A stretch of DNA of 64,000 bases from positions 38,640 through 102,639 of IMG/VR virus record IMGVR_UViG_3300025838_000019; one strand, written 5' to 3'. The stretch's first letter is position 1. Every line of letters starts with the position of its first letter. The position numbers and the translations under genes were made by a program. Under the pieces are notes generated by a model that was given only the letters and a program-made list of their open reading frames with translations, had not been told where the DNA came from and made no database searches. This stretch comes from a virus (lineage: Duplodnaviria > Heunggongvirae > Uroviricota > Caudoviricetes). Below, one piece after another: positions 22,101 through 31,297 of this stretch.

Positions 22101-22186
22101 GCCAGTCTTACGATTTGAATTCTTCAACTCTAGGAACCATCGACCTGAATACAATTGTCAACCCACTTGTAGACTTGAACTTTTAA
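19124..22186 (+). CDS. Ala/Asn-rich repeat fibre protein (probable long coiled coil)
   Basis: Dozens of (A/G)xYANxA(F/Y)xxAN repeats flank a central globular insert (DIGFIGHF...HTGLVRD...WKLF). Confidence 0.7.
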   Translation: MSNNYNNRNGVNKARVNSSTVFTGSTAVNQVVQDIFNVANTSANTANTAYNFANSVYGAANAAMASANSAVANSVTALVYANAAFAQANTDATNIVITGNYANAAFTEANSASVYANAAFQYANAAESYANSAFIAANAAFVAANSDATARIVVGNYANAAYLQANVATQEAVTSGVYANSAYAQSNVATQEAITSGVYANAAYTTANTAVQEAVTAGVYANAAFALANSAFGGETSAGSYANSAFTLANTDANNIVIVGNYANAAYAFANTINTTSYAINALQNTNITSAATYANAAYSAQNTTGVYANSAYIQANAAFGVSNSASSYANGAFAAANNAYQLGGVVVGGYANSAYLQANAAYNAQNTTGIFANGAYQFANSAGVYANGAFTQANTKVSKSGDTMTGTLNIATGSGLSLNTSGPIIVGGDITITGNLNLSGSANHYSANSLSVTDPMIYMATNNSGDAVDIGFIGHFVGTGNTGFSHYQHTGLVRDVNDRKWKLFSNVVSEPTATVLFDANTSYDTLKVGVIEAGAANVNNYDLFTYIGNAYQSGNVAGVYANAAFLAQNTTGVYANTGLQYANSAGVYANAAFSEANVIFALANVHSNNITIVGNYANAAFTEANSGSVYANAAFAFANTINTSSSAINAVQNTNIGIVGTYANGAYQAANSAGSYANAAFALANTAFTGESSAGVFANGAYQYANSAAVYANAAFAQANTDANNIVIVGNYANAAFTEANSAAVYANAAFAIANAAFGGETSAGVYANAAFALANTDANNIVIVGNYANAAFALANSAFGGETSAGIYANAAFITANSAGVYANGALAVANNSSNVANLAIVTSNAAFIASNTANSFINSGGTIKGPVNLGAVGLPTANVSSVQTWANTVNQANRIDSFLTSAYRTAAYDVQLINGSGYQMSKLMLVQLETDAFVTEFGSIYSYAPSGNFSANVVSGTVNLNFTPTYSNTYVILTRTAMPNTGISSIITLGQSYDLNSSTLGTIDLNTIVNPLVDLNF
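19240..21700 (+). repeat. Degenerate coding repeat array, ~14-aa unit xGxYANAAFxxAN
   Basis: Visible in protein and DNA; e.g. identical 29-mer tacgcaaatgcggctttcgcacaagcaaa at 19361-19389 and 21257-21285. Confidence 0.8.
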
Positions 22187-22214
22187 TAAATAGAAGAATA
22201 AAAGGAAGAAAAAG

Positions 22215-22784
22215 ATGGCAACAATCTTACAACACCGCAGAGGTAATACCGCACAAACGGCTACATTTACCGGTAACGCTGGTGAAATTTTCATTAATAC
22301 AGATACCAACCAAGTGGTGGTTCAAGACGGCGTAACACAAGGTGGTTGGCCAATTCCAGTTTCATCAGGTTACACACCAGGTGGTTTGTTGATAGCTAAC
22401 GCAGCAGGTGTATTGCAAAACACATCTCCTGTTCAATTGGTTTCTGCAAACAATACTCTTTTGGCCAACTCTAATTTAACAATTACCGGCAACTTGAGTG
22501 TTCTTGGTACAACAACTACAGTCAACCAAGAAATTATTAACACCACAGAAATTATTGCAGGTCAATTAACTGCTAACTCTGGTGCATCAAGTACAAGCAC
22601 AACAACCGGTGCTCTATTAGTTACTGGTGGTGCAGGTGTAACAGGTAATTTAAACGCTGGCGGTACTGTATCATCAAACTCTGTAGCAGCAAATACTGTG
22701 GCTGTAACATCAGGTATTACAATCAACTCTGTACCGGTTTTAACTCAGACTCAGGCTATTTTGTATAGTCTAATCTTAGGATAA
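22215..22784 (+). CDS. Fibre protein with Mtd N-terminal-like domain
   Basis: ILQHRRGNTAQ...FTGNAGEIFINTDTNQVVVQDGVTQGG matches the major-tropism-determinant N-terminal pattern. Confidence 0.7.
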   Translation: MATILQHRRGNTAQTATFTGNAGEIFINTDTNQVVVQDGVTQGGWPIPVSSGYTPGGLLIANAAGVLQNTSPVQLVSANNTLLANSNLTITGNLSVLGTTTTVNQEIINTTEIIAGQLTANSGASSTSTTTGALLVTGGAGVTGNLNAGGTVSSNSVAANTVAVTSGITINSVPVLTQTQAILYSLILG

Positions 22785-22839
22785 ATAACCATATAAATAA
22801 GAATGTAATCCCTGCAACAACAAGGTTTATAAATAAAAC

Positions 22840-23319
22840 ATGAAACAATTAATTCAATTTACCCCCGTATTTACTCCTGGTAACGCAGGGTTGGGGACGT
22901 TAGATTTTACTGCTTATCCTGGTTTTACATTGAGTAAGCTGTACGCTGTTATTAACTTAACACAAAACAGTCCTCTTTATATTCCAGGTACACCACAGTA
23001 TGGATTCGCAGGTTTCGCAAATAACGCATCTATCATTCAATTAAGTGCAAACACAAGTACGTTTGCAACTACTGATAAGTTAGAAGTGTTTTTCGAAACA
23101 ACGCCAGGTCAATGGACACCAGACGGTTCCGGAAACATGGCGGCTGAGAGTGGCGGACAATTGCAAAAACTTCAAGAAACAGCTGACCAAATGTTAGTTG
23201 AACTTAAAGTACACACACAATTGTTGGCACAAGGTCTAACAATAAATATGACCGCTGACGATGTTCAATCATTCAGAGACGACATCAATAGATTAGAAAA
23301 TCAACCTTCAACTTACTAA
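22840..23319 (+). CDS. Hypothetical virion protein
   Basis: Preceded by TATAAATA at 22793-22800 and 22828-22835; N-terminus resembles that of the 24714 protein (F.P...L..I.N.T.N..LY). Confidence 0.55.
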   Translation: MKQLIQFTPVFTPGNAGLGTLDFTAYPGFTLSKLYAVINLTQNSPLYIPGTPQYGFAGFANNASIIQLSANTSTFATTDKLEVFFETTPGQWTPDGSGNMAAESGGQLQKLQETADQMLVELKVHTQLLAQGLTINMTADDVQSFRDDINRLENQPSTY

Positions 23320-23336
23320 AACTAAGGAGTTTTTAA

Positions 23337-23996
23337 ATGTTAATTCAAGGACAAGTTGGACCATCATCCGCTCAATCAATTCAACCAGGTACACCAATGG
23401 CAGTTCGTCAAGGTCAACTTGGTGATGTAGTTGTTTCCGAGTTGCATGGCCGCTATTACGAACAAGCTTACCGTAAAAACCTATTCTCCGGTGCTATCTC
23501 CGGTGCAACAGGTGTTACAGCAACTGCATTGGGTATTACCACTGCTACTGCTTACACTGGCTTGGTAATTTACAATCCACCATCATCACCAGTTAACTTG
23601 GTGTTGCAAAAAGTTGCGTATTCATTCCCAATCGCACCTTCAGCAGCTACTGTAGTTTCTCTTGGTACTGGTGTTTCTCAATTGTTGCCAGTTTCTACAA
23701 CTGCTGTTACAGCACGTAACAACTATGTAACTGCTGCTGCACCAGTTGGTCAGTTGTACTCAACTGCTACATTCGGTATCACTACATCTAACCCTGTTTC
23801 AACAACACCTCAATACACATTGGGTTGGATTGGTACTATGGCTGCAACTGGTACAGGTCAATCTACTCAAGGTATCGTTGACTTGGAAGGTTCTATCATC
23901 GTTCCTCCAACAGGTTTCGCATGTATCTACTTGTCAACAGCCGCACAAACTTCAGGTTTCTTCGGTTCGTTCGCTTGGGAAGAAGTTCCAGTTTAA
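23337..23996 (+). CDS. Hypothetical virion protein
   Basis: Strong SD (aaggag), codon usage like the highly expressed structural genes, followed by a terminator. Confidence 0.6.
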   Translation: MLIQGQVGPSSAQSIQPGTPMAVRQGQLGDVVVSELHGRYYEQAYRKNLFSGAISGATGVTATALGITTATAYTGLVIYNPPSSPVNLVLQKVAYSFPIAPSAATVVSLGTGVSQLLPVSTTAVTARNNYVTAAAPVGQLYSTATFGITTSNPVSTTPQYTLGWIGTMAATGTGQSTQGIVDLEGSIIVPPTGFACIYLSTAAQTSGFFGSFAWEEVPV

Positions 23997-24017
23997 TATT
24001 AATTTAAACTAAATAAT

Positions 24018-24053
24018 GGCAGAGTTGGTGAAAACCTTCTCTGCCTTTTTTTT
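24018..24053 (+). terminator. Intrinsic terminator
   Basis: GGCAGAG(24018-24)/CTCTGCC(24039-45) stem with inner GGT-GAAA-ACC, followed by T8. Confidence 0.8.
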
Positions 24054-24077
24054 AATCTAACAAGAGGAAAATGAATC

Positions 24078-24698
24078 TTGTCTAATAAGAATTTTGTCGT
24101 TAGAAACGGCATTACCGTTGGTTCATGGAATTTGGTCAATGAACAAGGTAACGTAAACGCCAACACACTAACGCTTTCATCTGGCTTCCCTACTCTGAAC
24201 GTAGGTACTCTTACAGCCAACACAATCACAGTTAGTTACTATGGCAACATCACTGCCAATACAGTAACAGCCAACTCCTTTGGCAACGTAACTGCAAACT
24301 CATATTCTTATGCGGATGGTACAGGTCCAGGTTTCAACTATTTGTTAGATGATATATCAGTATATTTCAACGGAACCGATACGACTTTTAACCTATCTTC
24401 ATACGGTGTTGCTTTGACGCCAAACAATCCTTTGCAATTGGATATTAAAGTAGGTAATCTTCCTGTCTTTCCTCTGGTGAATACAACAGATTATTTCAAT
24501 CTTGCTATGTTTGATGTTTCAATTCAAAAAGCACTCTTTACCGGCTATACAATTAGCGGTAGCACAATTACATTCTCTAGTCCACCTGCGGCTGGTATGA
24601 ATTTCTACGGTGTAATGCGTACAAACAATGACAAATTGCCTGCGTTTACTACAAAGTATACACCATTCAGTCCACTAAATATGATGTTCAGTTATTAA
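24078..24698 (+). CDS. Hypothetical virion/fibre protein (TTG start)
   Basis: SNKNFVVRNGITVG N-terminus and LDDIS..FNGT.TTFNL...G..ITF..PP motif found in T4-like fibre-associated proteins. Confidence 0.6.
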   Translation: MSNKNFVVRNGITVGSWNLVNEQGNVNANTLTLSSGFPTLNVGTLTANTITVSYYGNITANTVTANSFGNVTANSYSYADGTGPGFNYLLDDISVYFNGTDTTFNLSSYGVALTPNNPLQLDIKVGNLPVFPLVNTTDYFNLAMFDVSIQKALFTGYTISGSTITFSSPPAAGMNFYGVMRTNNDKLPAFTTKYTPFSPLNMMFSY

Positions 24699-24713
24699 TA
24701 TAAAGGAAAAACC

Positions 24714-27700
24714 ATGGCACGTAGAGTCATTTTAGACACACAATATACGTTCTCTCCATCAACAAAGACAATCACGATTCCTAGAATCGTTCCAAAAGAA
24801 CGTCTGATGTTGATTACCAACGTCACATCAAACAGAGTCATCTATAACTTTAGTGACCCTACTTTGACAGCAACAAGCTTGTCATACACACAAGCAACAA
24901 ACAACACACCAGCATCTACTGTTATTGTGTTGAACTATAACACTGCATCGATGAACACAACTGACCAGTTGCAAATCACTATCGATGAAGCTTATGAAGT
25001 TATTCAACCAGACGAATCATTTACCGACCCAGTTGGTAAAATGCGTATGTCTACACCACAGTCATTGATCGATACTGACTTTGAATATGGTCTACAACCA
25101 ACCAAGTGGGAAACACTATTGTTGGTGAATAACCGTCCTTCTTTCTACTACTTGGCAGCAAACAACTTTGCGGTTTCTAACGTTACTATTGCTACTGGTA
25201 GCCAGACAGTTACAGTTAACACATATCCTAACTTGCCTCCACCAACAGGTACACCAGTTCAAATTCAAGATACCTTGTTCTTTGGTGCAAACGGTCCATT
25301 TATTGTTGAAGCTAACAACACATCTTCTCCAAACTATACATTCCAGTATACTGCAAAATATCCATTCGTTGGTACTGCACCAAGCACAATTTACAACCCA
25401 TCGTTGACTTTGGCTTTCACTGGTAACTTTTATTCTAACTCTGCGTTTAACCTGACTGCACAACCTACAATTTCAGGTAACACAATGACATTCTATACAA
25501 CTGAGCCACACGGTTTGCAAGTTGGTGATGAAGTTGTTTTGGCTAACGCTACTGCATCAGGTACTAACTCACCTAACACAGCATTCCAAGTTGCTACAGT
25601 TGCTAACTCTAACGTGTTCTCTGTTATCATTACAGCTAACTCAGTTGGTATTGGTACCCTGACAAACAGTTCATTGTATATTCGTCCAGACGGTCAAGTT
25701 ATTCACCGTGCATTTGACGGTGGTGTACAATTCGTTTCTGGTAACCAAGCGCACAACTTGCAAACAATTCGTCAAACTCGTAGATATTTCCGTTACCAAT
25801 CTGGTAAAGGTATGCAAATGTCTACTGGTACAATCATGAAACCAGGTTTCTTTGTTGATGACGTATCTGCAAACGTTAACGGTGCTGGTGCAAACAACAT
25901 TACTGTTACAACTAAATTCCCTCACTATGTAACTACAGGTTTGCCAATCACTGTTACTGGTGCTGACCAAGCTGCATACAACGGTACATTCCCTGTTGCA
26001 TCTGTATTGAACCCTGTTCAGTTTACATATAACGCAAACTCTGTTCCACAACCAACAGCTACACAACCAGCATCTCCTGCTTCTAACGTTGTGAACATTA
26101 CAGCTGCATCTTGGTATGGTTCAAGAAACCGTGTTGGTATGTTCGACTCACAAAACGGTGCGTTCTTTGAATTTGATGGTCAAACATTGTGGGCAGTTCG
26201 CCGTTATTCTACAACACAAATTTCTGGTGTGTTCACAGTAACCAACAACTCTGCTGTTGTTACAGGTAGTTCTATCAACGGTTTCACACAACCAAAAGTT
26301 TCTAAACAAGTGGCTCCAGGCGACTTCGTTGTTATCCGTGGTATGTCTTACCGTGTTATGGATATTCAATCAGACGCTGCGTTCACAATCTCTCCTCCAT
26401 TCCGTGGCGTAACTCCAGGTGGTCCTGTTATTATCTCTAAAACAATCGACTCAAGAGTTCCACAATCTGCATGGAACATTGATAAGTTTGACGGCACAGG
26501 CCCAACAGGTTCAACATTGGACTTGACAAAAGACCAAATGTTCTATATCGACTATTCATGGTACGGTGCTGGTGCAATTCGTTATGGTATGAGAGCTACT
26601 GACGGTCGTATTCAATATGCACACAAAACATTGAACAACAACCAAAACTATTTGGCTTGGATGCGTTCTGGTAACTTGCCTGCACGTTACGAAACAAATA
26701 CATTTGCTCCAGTTCTATTGTTGGCTAACAGCATCAGTTCTTCACAAACATCTATGGTTGTTGCAAACACATTGAACTCAACAGGTTCAAGTTTCCCACA
26801 ACAAGGTACTTTGTTGATTGCTGACTGGGTTGGTGGTTTTGAATATGTTAACTACACATCATACACTTCTTCAAACAACTCATTCAATGGTTTGACTCGT
26901 GGTCTAGCTGGTGCAACATTAACTATGACCGCTGGCGGTACATTGTCTGCAAACGTATACACAACAGGTTCAGTTGCAACAGTTCAACCTGGTATGCAAG
27001 TATACAACCCAACAGGTCCTGGTTCAATTGCATTTGGTACATACGTATATGCGGTATATCCAAACGGCGCTGGTGCTGGTAACAACATCATTCAATTGAC
27101 ACAAACACCAACAGCATCGTTGACTGGTTCTCAATTGGCTTTCGCACCAATGGGTACAACTGCTACTGCACACAGTTTGACTTCTTCAAACACTGCAATT
27201 CCAGTTTACTTACACGCACCACAATTTGCACCAACAATTTCACATTGGGGTACTTCTATTGTGATGGACGGCGGTTTCCAATCTGACTTGTCATTGCAAT
27301 TCGTTAACGGTGAAGCACAACAAACAGTTTACCCTGGTCAAACTGTGGCTCTACAATCAGTTCGTGTATCTCCATCAGTTGATTCTGGTTTGACTGGTAC
27401 ATTAGGTCAACGTGAAGTTATTAACCGTATGCAGTTAGTTCCACAAGCTGCTGAAGTAGTTGCGAACGGTAACTTCTTGATTACTGTTGTTCTAAACGGT
27501 CAATTGACTGCCAACGGTGGTACACTAGGTACATGGACTAAATTGGCAAACGGTACTTCATCACTTGCACAAGTTGCAGACCATGCAGGTAACGTTTCGA
27601 TTTCTGGTGGCGAAACAATTTACGGTTTCTATGCAGTTAACTCTGCTGGTGCTAACAACTTCTCTGTTATCACTGCTGACTTGACAAAAATCCGTGATAT

Positions 27701-27854
27701 TGGTAACTCTATCTTGGGTGGCGGTATTTCTGCTAACTCTAACGTTAGCTTCTACCCAGATGGTCCAGACGTTTTGACAATCGTTGCACAGAACCAAGGT
27801 GCTGCACCTGCTAACGTTGCATCACGTATCTCTTGGACAGAGGCGCAAGCATAA
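24714..27854 (+). CDS. Large virion structural protein
   Basis: YTFSPSTKTITI, DPVGKMRMSTPQSLIDTDFEYGLQPTKWE, RQTRRYFRYQSGKG, YIDYSWYGAG; late-module context. Confidence 0.65.
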   Translation: MARRVILDTQYTFSPSTKTITIPRIVPKERLMLITNVTSNRVIYNFSDPTLTATSLSYTQATNNTPASTVIVLNYNTASMNTTDQLQITIDEAYEVIQPDESFTDPVGKMRMSTPQSLIDTDFEYGLQPTKWETLLLVNNRPSFYYLAANNFAVSNVTIATGSQTVTVNTYPNLPPPTGTPVQIQDTLFFGANGPFIVEANNTSSPNYTFQYTAKYPFVGTAPSTIYNPSLTLAFTGNFYSNSAFNLTAQPTISGNTMTFYTTEPHGLQVGDEVVLANATASGTNSPNTAFQVATVANSNVFSVIITANSVGIGTLTNSSLYIRPDGQVIHRAFDGGVQFVSGNQAHNLQTIRQTRRYFRYQSGKGMQMSTGTIMKPGFFVDDVSANVNGAGANNITVTTKFPHYVTTGLPITVTGADQAAYNGTFPVASVLNPVQFTYNANSVPQPTATQPASPASNVVNITAASWYGSRNRVGMFDSQNGAFFEFDGQTLWAVRRYSTTQISGVFTVTNNSAVVTGSSINGFTQPKVSKQVAPGDFVVIRGMSYRVMDIQSDAAFTISPPFRGVTPGGPVIISKTIDSRVPQSAWNIDKFDGTGPTGSTLDLTKDQMFYIDYSWYGAGAIRYGMRATDGRIQYAHKTLNNNQNYLAWMRSGNLPARYETNTFAPVLLLANSISSSQTSMVVANTLNSTGSSFPQQGTLLIADWVGGFEYVNYTSYTSSNNSFNGLTRGLAGATLTMTAGGTLSANVYTTGSVATVQPGMQVYNPTGPGSIAFGTYVYAVYPNGAGAGNNIIQLTQTPTASLTGSQLAFAPMGTTATAHSLTSSNTAIPVYLHAPQFAPTISHWGTSIVMDGGFQSDLSLQFVNGEAQQTVYPGQTVALQSVRVSPSVDSGLTGTLGQREVINRMQLVPQAAEVVANGNFLITVVLNGQLTANGGTLGTWTKLANGTSSLAQVADHAGNVSISGGETIYGFYAVNSAGANNFSVITADLTKIRDIGNSILGGGISANSNVSFYPDGPDVLTIVAQNQGAAPANVASRISWTEAQA

Positions 27855-28480
27855 TGTTGAACAAGATATTTCTTGAACAGGATGGGTTGGTTGTCGGTGG
27901 CAACCAACTTACCACTCAAGGTGGTAGTGTCAGCGTAGGTAACAATATCTACGTTGGTGCTAATACTGTTACCAGTAACTTGACGGTTACTGGTACGTTC
28001 AACTATCCAAAAGCTAATACTTCGTTGCCGGCTTTTAGTGCGTTTGGAAATGCTTTAGTGTCTGCACCTAACACCACCAACACACAAATCGCATACAATC
28101 AAGTTGAATTTGATACCAACAGTTGTTTTAACCCAACAAACCAATGGTTGTATGTCAACGGCATATACACACCACCTTGGTCTTTTGCTCCAAATATTCC
28201 TGGTTATTATCAAATTAATGCAACTATTTTTGGAACACAAAGTGGTACTTCTAACGCTTTTATACAGGCCGTTTTGTATAAACAAAACGCAAGTTACAAA
28301 TATGCAATAACACCTTTTGGTGGTGCCGGTATAACAGTAACAGTAAGTACAGTTGTTTTTATGAATGGTATATCTGATTATTTGTCTGTTTATGGTTATC
28401 AAAACACTGGCGGTGCATTGAATATTGGTTCTAGTACAATCCAACAAAGCTTTAATGGATGCTTCTTAAGACCGGCATAA
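27854..28480 (+). CDS. C1q/TNF-like domain virion protein
   Basis: ATG at 27854 overlaps the upstream stop; PAFSAF...I.YN.VEFDT..CF...F.P.IPGYYQIN...FNG pattern of C1q-like globular heads. Confidence 0.6.
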   Translation: MLNKIFLEQDGLVVGGNQLTTQGGSVSVGNNIYVGANTVTSNLTVTGTFNYPKANTSLPAFSAFGNALVSAPNTTNTQIAYNQVEFDTNSCFNPTNQWLYVNGIYTPPWSFAPNIPGYYQINATIFGTQSGTSNAFIQAVLYKQNASYKYAITPFGGAGITVTVSTVVFMNGISDYLSVYGYQNTGGALNIGSSTIQQSFNGCFLRPA

Positions 28481-28519
28481 TCTGGTATGCCCGAATAAAT
28501 AGATAGAAGGGGATACAAG

Positions 28520-29290
28520 ATGGCCACAATAACAACAAGAGAAGAATTCAAAACATATTGCCTACGTAGATTAGGATTCCCTACAATTCAAATCAACGTA
28601 GATGATGACCAAATTGAAGATCGTATTGACGATGCAATCCAGTACTGGCAAGATTATCACTTTGATGGTACTCAGAAGGTTTACTGGATTCATAACATCA
28701 CACAAACTGATATTGACAACAAATACCTAGACGCTACACAGGCGGTGGATAGTTCCAACAACTCTTTGTATATTCTAGGTGTTTCTAGAATTTTTCCACT
28801 CTCAGACTCACAAGCCTCAGTCAATATGTTTGACTTGAGATATCAACTACGTCTGAACGAATTGTATGACTTTACATCCGCATCATACATTAACTACACA
28901 CTAACACAACAACACTTACGTTCACTGGAACTTATGTTCACGGGTGAAGTTCCTATTCGTTTCAATCGTTTGCAACAAAGATTGTACATCGATTGGGCTT
29001 GGGGTATGGAAGTTCTTCCTGGTCAGGTTGCAATCTCTGAATGTTATGCAGCTATTAACCCAGACACATACAATTATGTTTGGAACGACCGTTGGTTGAA
29101 AGAATATACAACAGCTTTGATTAAGAGAACATGGGGTAATAACCTTAAAAAGTTCCAAGGTATTCAGTTACCTGGTGGTGTTGTTCTTGATGGTGCAACC
29201 ATTTACAAAGAAGCCGCAGAAGAAATTGAACGTCTAGAAAAAGAAATGGAAATGAACTACGGTGCGCCGCTAGAATGGTTCATGAACTAA
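28520..29290 (+). CDS. gp13: Neck protein gp13
   Basis: YCLRRLGFPTIQINVDDDQIEDRIDDAIQYWQDYHFDG; WLKEYTTALIKRTWGNNLKKF; LPGGV. Confidence 0.93.
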   Translation: MATITTREEFKTYCLRRLGFPTIQINVDDDQIEDRIDDAIQYWQDYHFDGTQKVYWIHNITQTDIDNKYLDATQAVDSSNNSLYILGVSRIFPLSDSQASVNMFDLRYQLRLNELYDFTSASYINYTLTQQHLRSLELMFTGEVPIRFNRLQQRLYIDWAWGMEVLPGQVAISECYAAINPDTYNYVWNDRWLKEYTTALIKRTWGNNLKKFQGIQLPGGVVLDGATIYKEAAEEIERLEKEMEMNYGAPLEWFMN

Positions 29291-29291
29291 G

Positions 29292-30188
29292 ATGGCAACT
29301 AATCATTATTTTAACCTGTATAACAATAAAGCCGAACAAAATCTTGTAGAAGATTTGATGGTCGAAGCTATTCAACAATATGGCTTCGATGGTTATTATT
29401 TGTATAATGATAACGACCAAGCACGTGATCTATTGTACGGTGATGATCCGTTGAAAAGATTTACATCAGCTTATGCAGTTGAATTGTATCTTTCCAATGC
29501 AACAGGTTTTGATGGTGAACAAGAATTTTTTTCTAAATTTGGTCTAGAGATTCGTAACTCGTTGTCAGTTATGTTGGCTAAGAGAACCTTTTCTCTACGC
29601 ATACCGCAAAACCTGTTACAGCGTCCTCGTGAAGGTGATTTGATTTATATTCCTTTTACTGGTTCTTCTGGTAAAGGTGAACTGTACGAAATCAAATTTG
29701 TTCAAGGTAACAAAGACATGTTTATGTTGGGTAGAAAGAACCCATACTTCTACGAATTGCACCTAGAACTATTCAAATATTCACAAGAATTTGTGGATAC
29801 AGGTGTGGAAAGTATCGACAACGTGGCACAATCATCTTATAACATCGTATTGCAATTGGATCCAAACAGAGCCAATGGCGATTTTGTCAATCGTGAAGTT
29901 GTATATCAAAGTGCAGATGCAACATATGCAAATGCCACATCAACTGGCATCGTTACAATCTGGGATTACCCTTCTTCTTCATTGACAATCACAAATGTTG
30001 TAGGACAATTTACATCAGGTAACGTATATGGCCAGACAAGTGGTGCTTCTTGGAGTTTGTTATCATTTGATCCAACAAATATCGCAGACAACTATATGCC
30101 ATACGATAACAAGTATATCGAAGATTCTGCAAACAATGTTGTTGACATTTCAGAAATTAATCCATTTGGAAACATAGGTAACATATAA
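29292..30188 (+). CDS. gp14: Neck protein gp14
   Basis: EQNLVEDLMVEAIQQYG, FFSKFGLEIR, PREGDLIYIP, YELHLELFKYSQE, NPFG C-terminus. Confidence 0.92.
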   Translation: MATNHYFNLYNNKAEQNLVEDLMVEAIQQYGFDGYYLYNDNDQARDLLYGDDPLKRFTSAYAVELYLSNATGFDGEQEFFSKFGLEIRNSLSVMLAKRTFSLRIPQNLLQRPREGDLIYIPFTGSSGKGELYEIKFVQGNKDMFMLGRKNPYFYELHLELFKYSQEFVDTGVESIDNVAQSSYNIVLQLDPNRANGDFVNREVVYQSADATYANATSTGIVTIWDYPSSSLTITNVVGQFTSGNVYGQTSGASWSLLSFDPTNIADNYMPYDNKYIEDSANNVVDISEINPFGNIGNI

Positions 30189-31297
30189 TGTCAATGACTC
30201 CAGATTACACCTCAACCAACCAGTTTACAAGTTCAATCAGAGCTATAACTCTTGGCTTTGGTAATTTGTTTAACAGAATTCAAATCACTCGTTACAACGA
30301 TGATGGTACAGAGAACATGAGATTCTTGGTGCCTATTCAGTATGCAAACAAAGAAAAATATCTATCACGTTTGCAGGGTGATCCTAATCTAGACCGTAGT
30401 GTACAAAATACATTACCAGCTATGTCATTTGAAATGACTGGATTGGAATATGATGCGTCAAGAAAACAATTAACAAATCAAAGAAATTTTACTAACACCG
30501 GTTCAGGTGTTAAATCATATTACAATCCAGTTCCCTACAATTTTGATTTTCAACTTTACATTTACACAAGAAATGAAGAAGACGGTGTTCAGGTTATTGA
30601 ACGTATTCTTCCGTTCTTTACACCAGACTACACAATCAAAGTGAATGTTCTTCCTGATGTAGGAATTGTAAGAGAAATTCCTATCGTATTGACAGGAACA
30701 AACTACGAAACTGGTTATGAAGGTGACTTCAAATCAGAAACAAGAACAATCATTTGGACTTTAAATTTTACCGTCAAAGGTTATTTGTTTGTGGCTCCTT
30801 CTGGTCCAGCAAACTTGATTACAACATCAATCACAAATATTATTCAAAACACATCACAGAACGATACAGTAGTGTTTAACATGACAACTCCTGGTACTGG
30901 AGTGTATCAAATTGGTGAATTGGTATATCAAGGATATTCTGTTGGTACGGCCGTTGCAACAGGCATAGTTCAAAGCTTTGCAAACGGCAGTTTGTATTTA
31001 ACAAACTTAACAGGAAATTTTGTCACTGGCAGTCCAATTGTTGGAAATAACAGTGCGGCTAGTTATGAGTTTTCTTCATATAGTATATTGGGTCCAGTAC
31101 CTACCACACTATCTACTGTTGGAGTTATTCCTAATCCAAATACTGCTGCTGCAAATAGTCTATATACATTTACCACTTTTATACAAGAAGGTAATGGTGC
31201 ACCTGTGGTTGTCACAGGCAATTCAAACAACCAAATTGTATTTGCACCGGCTGGACCTCCACCGTTTATATTTAACGAATACGATTTAATGCAATGA
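30188..31297 (+). CDS. gp15: Tail sheath stabiliser/terminator gp15
   Basis: FGNLFN.I.I.R, VPIQYANKEKYL, LPAMSFEM, PVPYNFDFQL, QVIERILPFFTP, WTLNFTVKGYLF. Confidence 0.92.
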   Translation: MSMTPDYTSTNQFTSSIRAITLGFGNLFNRIQITRYNDDGTENMRFLVPIQYANKEKYLSRLQGDPNLDRSVQNTLPAMSFEMTGLEYDASRKQLTNQRNFTNTGSGVKSYYNPVPYNFDFQLYIYTRNEEDGVQVIERILPFFTPDYTIKVNVLPDVGIVREIPIVLTGTNYETGYEGDFKSETRTIIWTLNFTVKGYLFVAPSGPANLITTSITNIIQNTSQNDTVVFNMTTPGTGVYQIGELVYQGYSVGTAVATGIVQSFANGSLYLTNLTGNFVTGSPIVGNNSAASYEFSSYSILGPVPTTLSTVGVIPNPNTAAANSLYTFTTFIQEGNGAPVVVTGNSNNQIVFAPAGPPPFIFNEYDLMQ

